A stretch of 64,000 bases of DNA from Saccostrea echinata (Eukaryota): NCBI RefSeq assembly GCF_033153115.1, contig NW_026889805.1, forward strand, positions 19,468,001 through 19,532,000. The letters run 5' to 3'. The position numbers were made by a program, and so were the translations under genes. Every line of letters starts with the position of its first letter. Position 1 is the stretch's first letter. Positions 63,187 through 64,000 of this stretch are shown in pieces. The notes below the pieces were generated by a model. It did no database searches and was not told where the DNA came from. It saw only the letters and a program-made list of their open reading frames with translations.

Positions 63187-64000
63187 ATTTCCCTAACTGA
63201 TTGTGTAACTAATAATATGCCCCGAATCTTTGATTACGTGGGCATAGAAATGAGAGAGTTGTTGCTTGACATGAAAGCCTGTTCCTATTAATTTTAGGCT
63301 AATCTATTTGCCTAATCTTGATATCAGTTATGGATTCAATAATCTTCAAGGGACGGGGGGGGGGGGGGGGGGCAATCATTTGGGGTCTGGGGCGGGGTCC
63401 CAGTGGGCGAAGCCAAAGAAATCTCTCAATTTTTAGGAGCTTATGGAACAATTTTTCGACTTATTTTACCTGTACTTTATGTATAATTCATGCAATACCC
63501 CACAACAAAAAATGATTTATTACTCTTATGTATATCTTTGGTCACAAAAAGGGGAGGCTAGGTCCCCCTCTAAATTTTCCAGTAAATATGAAAAATAAAA
63601 CATGTTAAAAATTAATCAAGATCTTGCTCTGGGGTTTCAACATCCACAGTTATTAGTCGGACTTTTAGTCTGATTGTTCTGTCCAGACTAAGCACTTAGT
63701 TCAGTATCATTCTTGCTTCAACCATACAGCGCCACCAGGTAAAAGTTGTACAGTAGCATCTTATTGAAAGGTCGTAGGTTACAGAATTTTTTTGGTAAAT
63801 GCCTTGTACAACTGTTTTATTTCCCCTGGCACAATATTGCATGCTTCTTCTACAGAATGTAGATGCACAACTTGAGTAAAAACCATCTCTAGAATTTTTA
63901 TGGATTATACTTCACACATGCTGTATAGGTAAAGAGGACTTGCATTGATTTAGATCTATCAACATCAAAGTTGGAGGGGGGGGGGGAGGGGTCAAAATAT

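Noticed and set aside
62950-63291. 113-aa ORF with YI repeats
   Set aside because: Translation of the (TA)n microsatellite

Overview
Eukaryotic (animal) genomic DNA, AT-rich and repeat-dense. The repeat families resemble those I recall from ostreid oysters and other bivalves; this is an inference and was not checked. The left 27.3 kb holds the 5' part of a spliced eIF5B (eukaryotic IF2) gene on the minus strand. I reconstructed 15 coding exons by hand (ATG at 27325, all introns GT-AG and phase-consistent, 719 codons plus 2 nt). They reach the G1 (GHVDTGKT), G2-region (GGITQ) and G3 (DTPGH) motifs, and the gene continues beyond position 1. The rest is intergenic: non-autonomous Helentron-like elements carrying 127-166 bp tandem arrays, many TIR MITEs (often nested), tRNA-derived SINEs, LINE remnants, fold-back palindromes and one decayed Gypsy LTR element (about 54.4-60.2 kb). 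Most short ORFs in the supplied track are spurious. The strongest unexplained signal is that unrelated Helentron-borne arrays each repeat a textbook transcription-factor site once per roughly nucleosome-length unit: perfect AGGTCAnnnTGACCT elements in intron 14, RFX X-boxes upstream of eIF5B, and TCAAGGTCA/DR0 sites. Other candidates are an inverted MITE pair bracketing exons 2-14, an out-of-frame uORF overlapping the eIF5B start, and TE ends sitting at splice acceptors. All functional readings are hypotheses.
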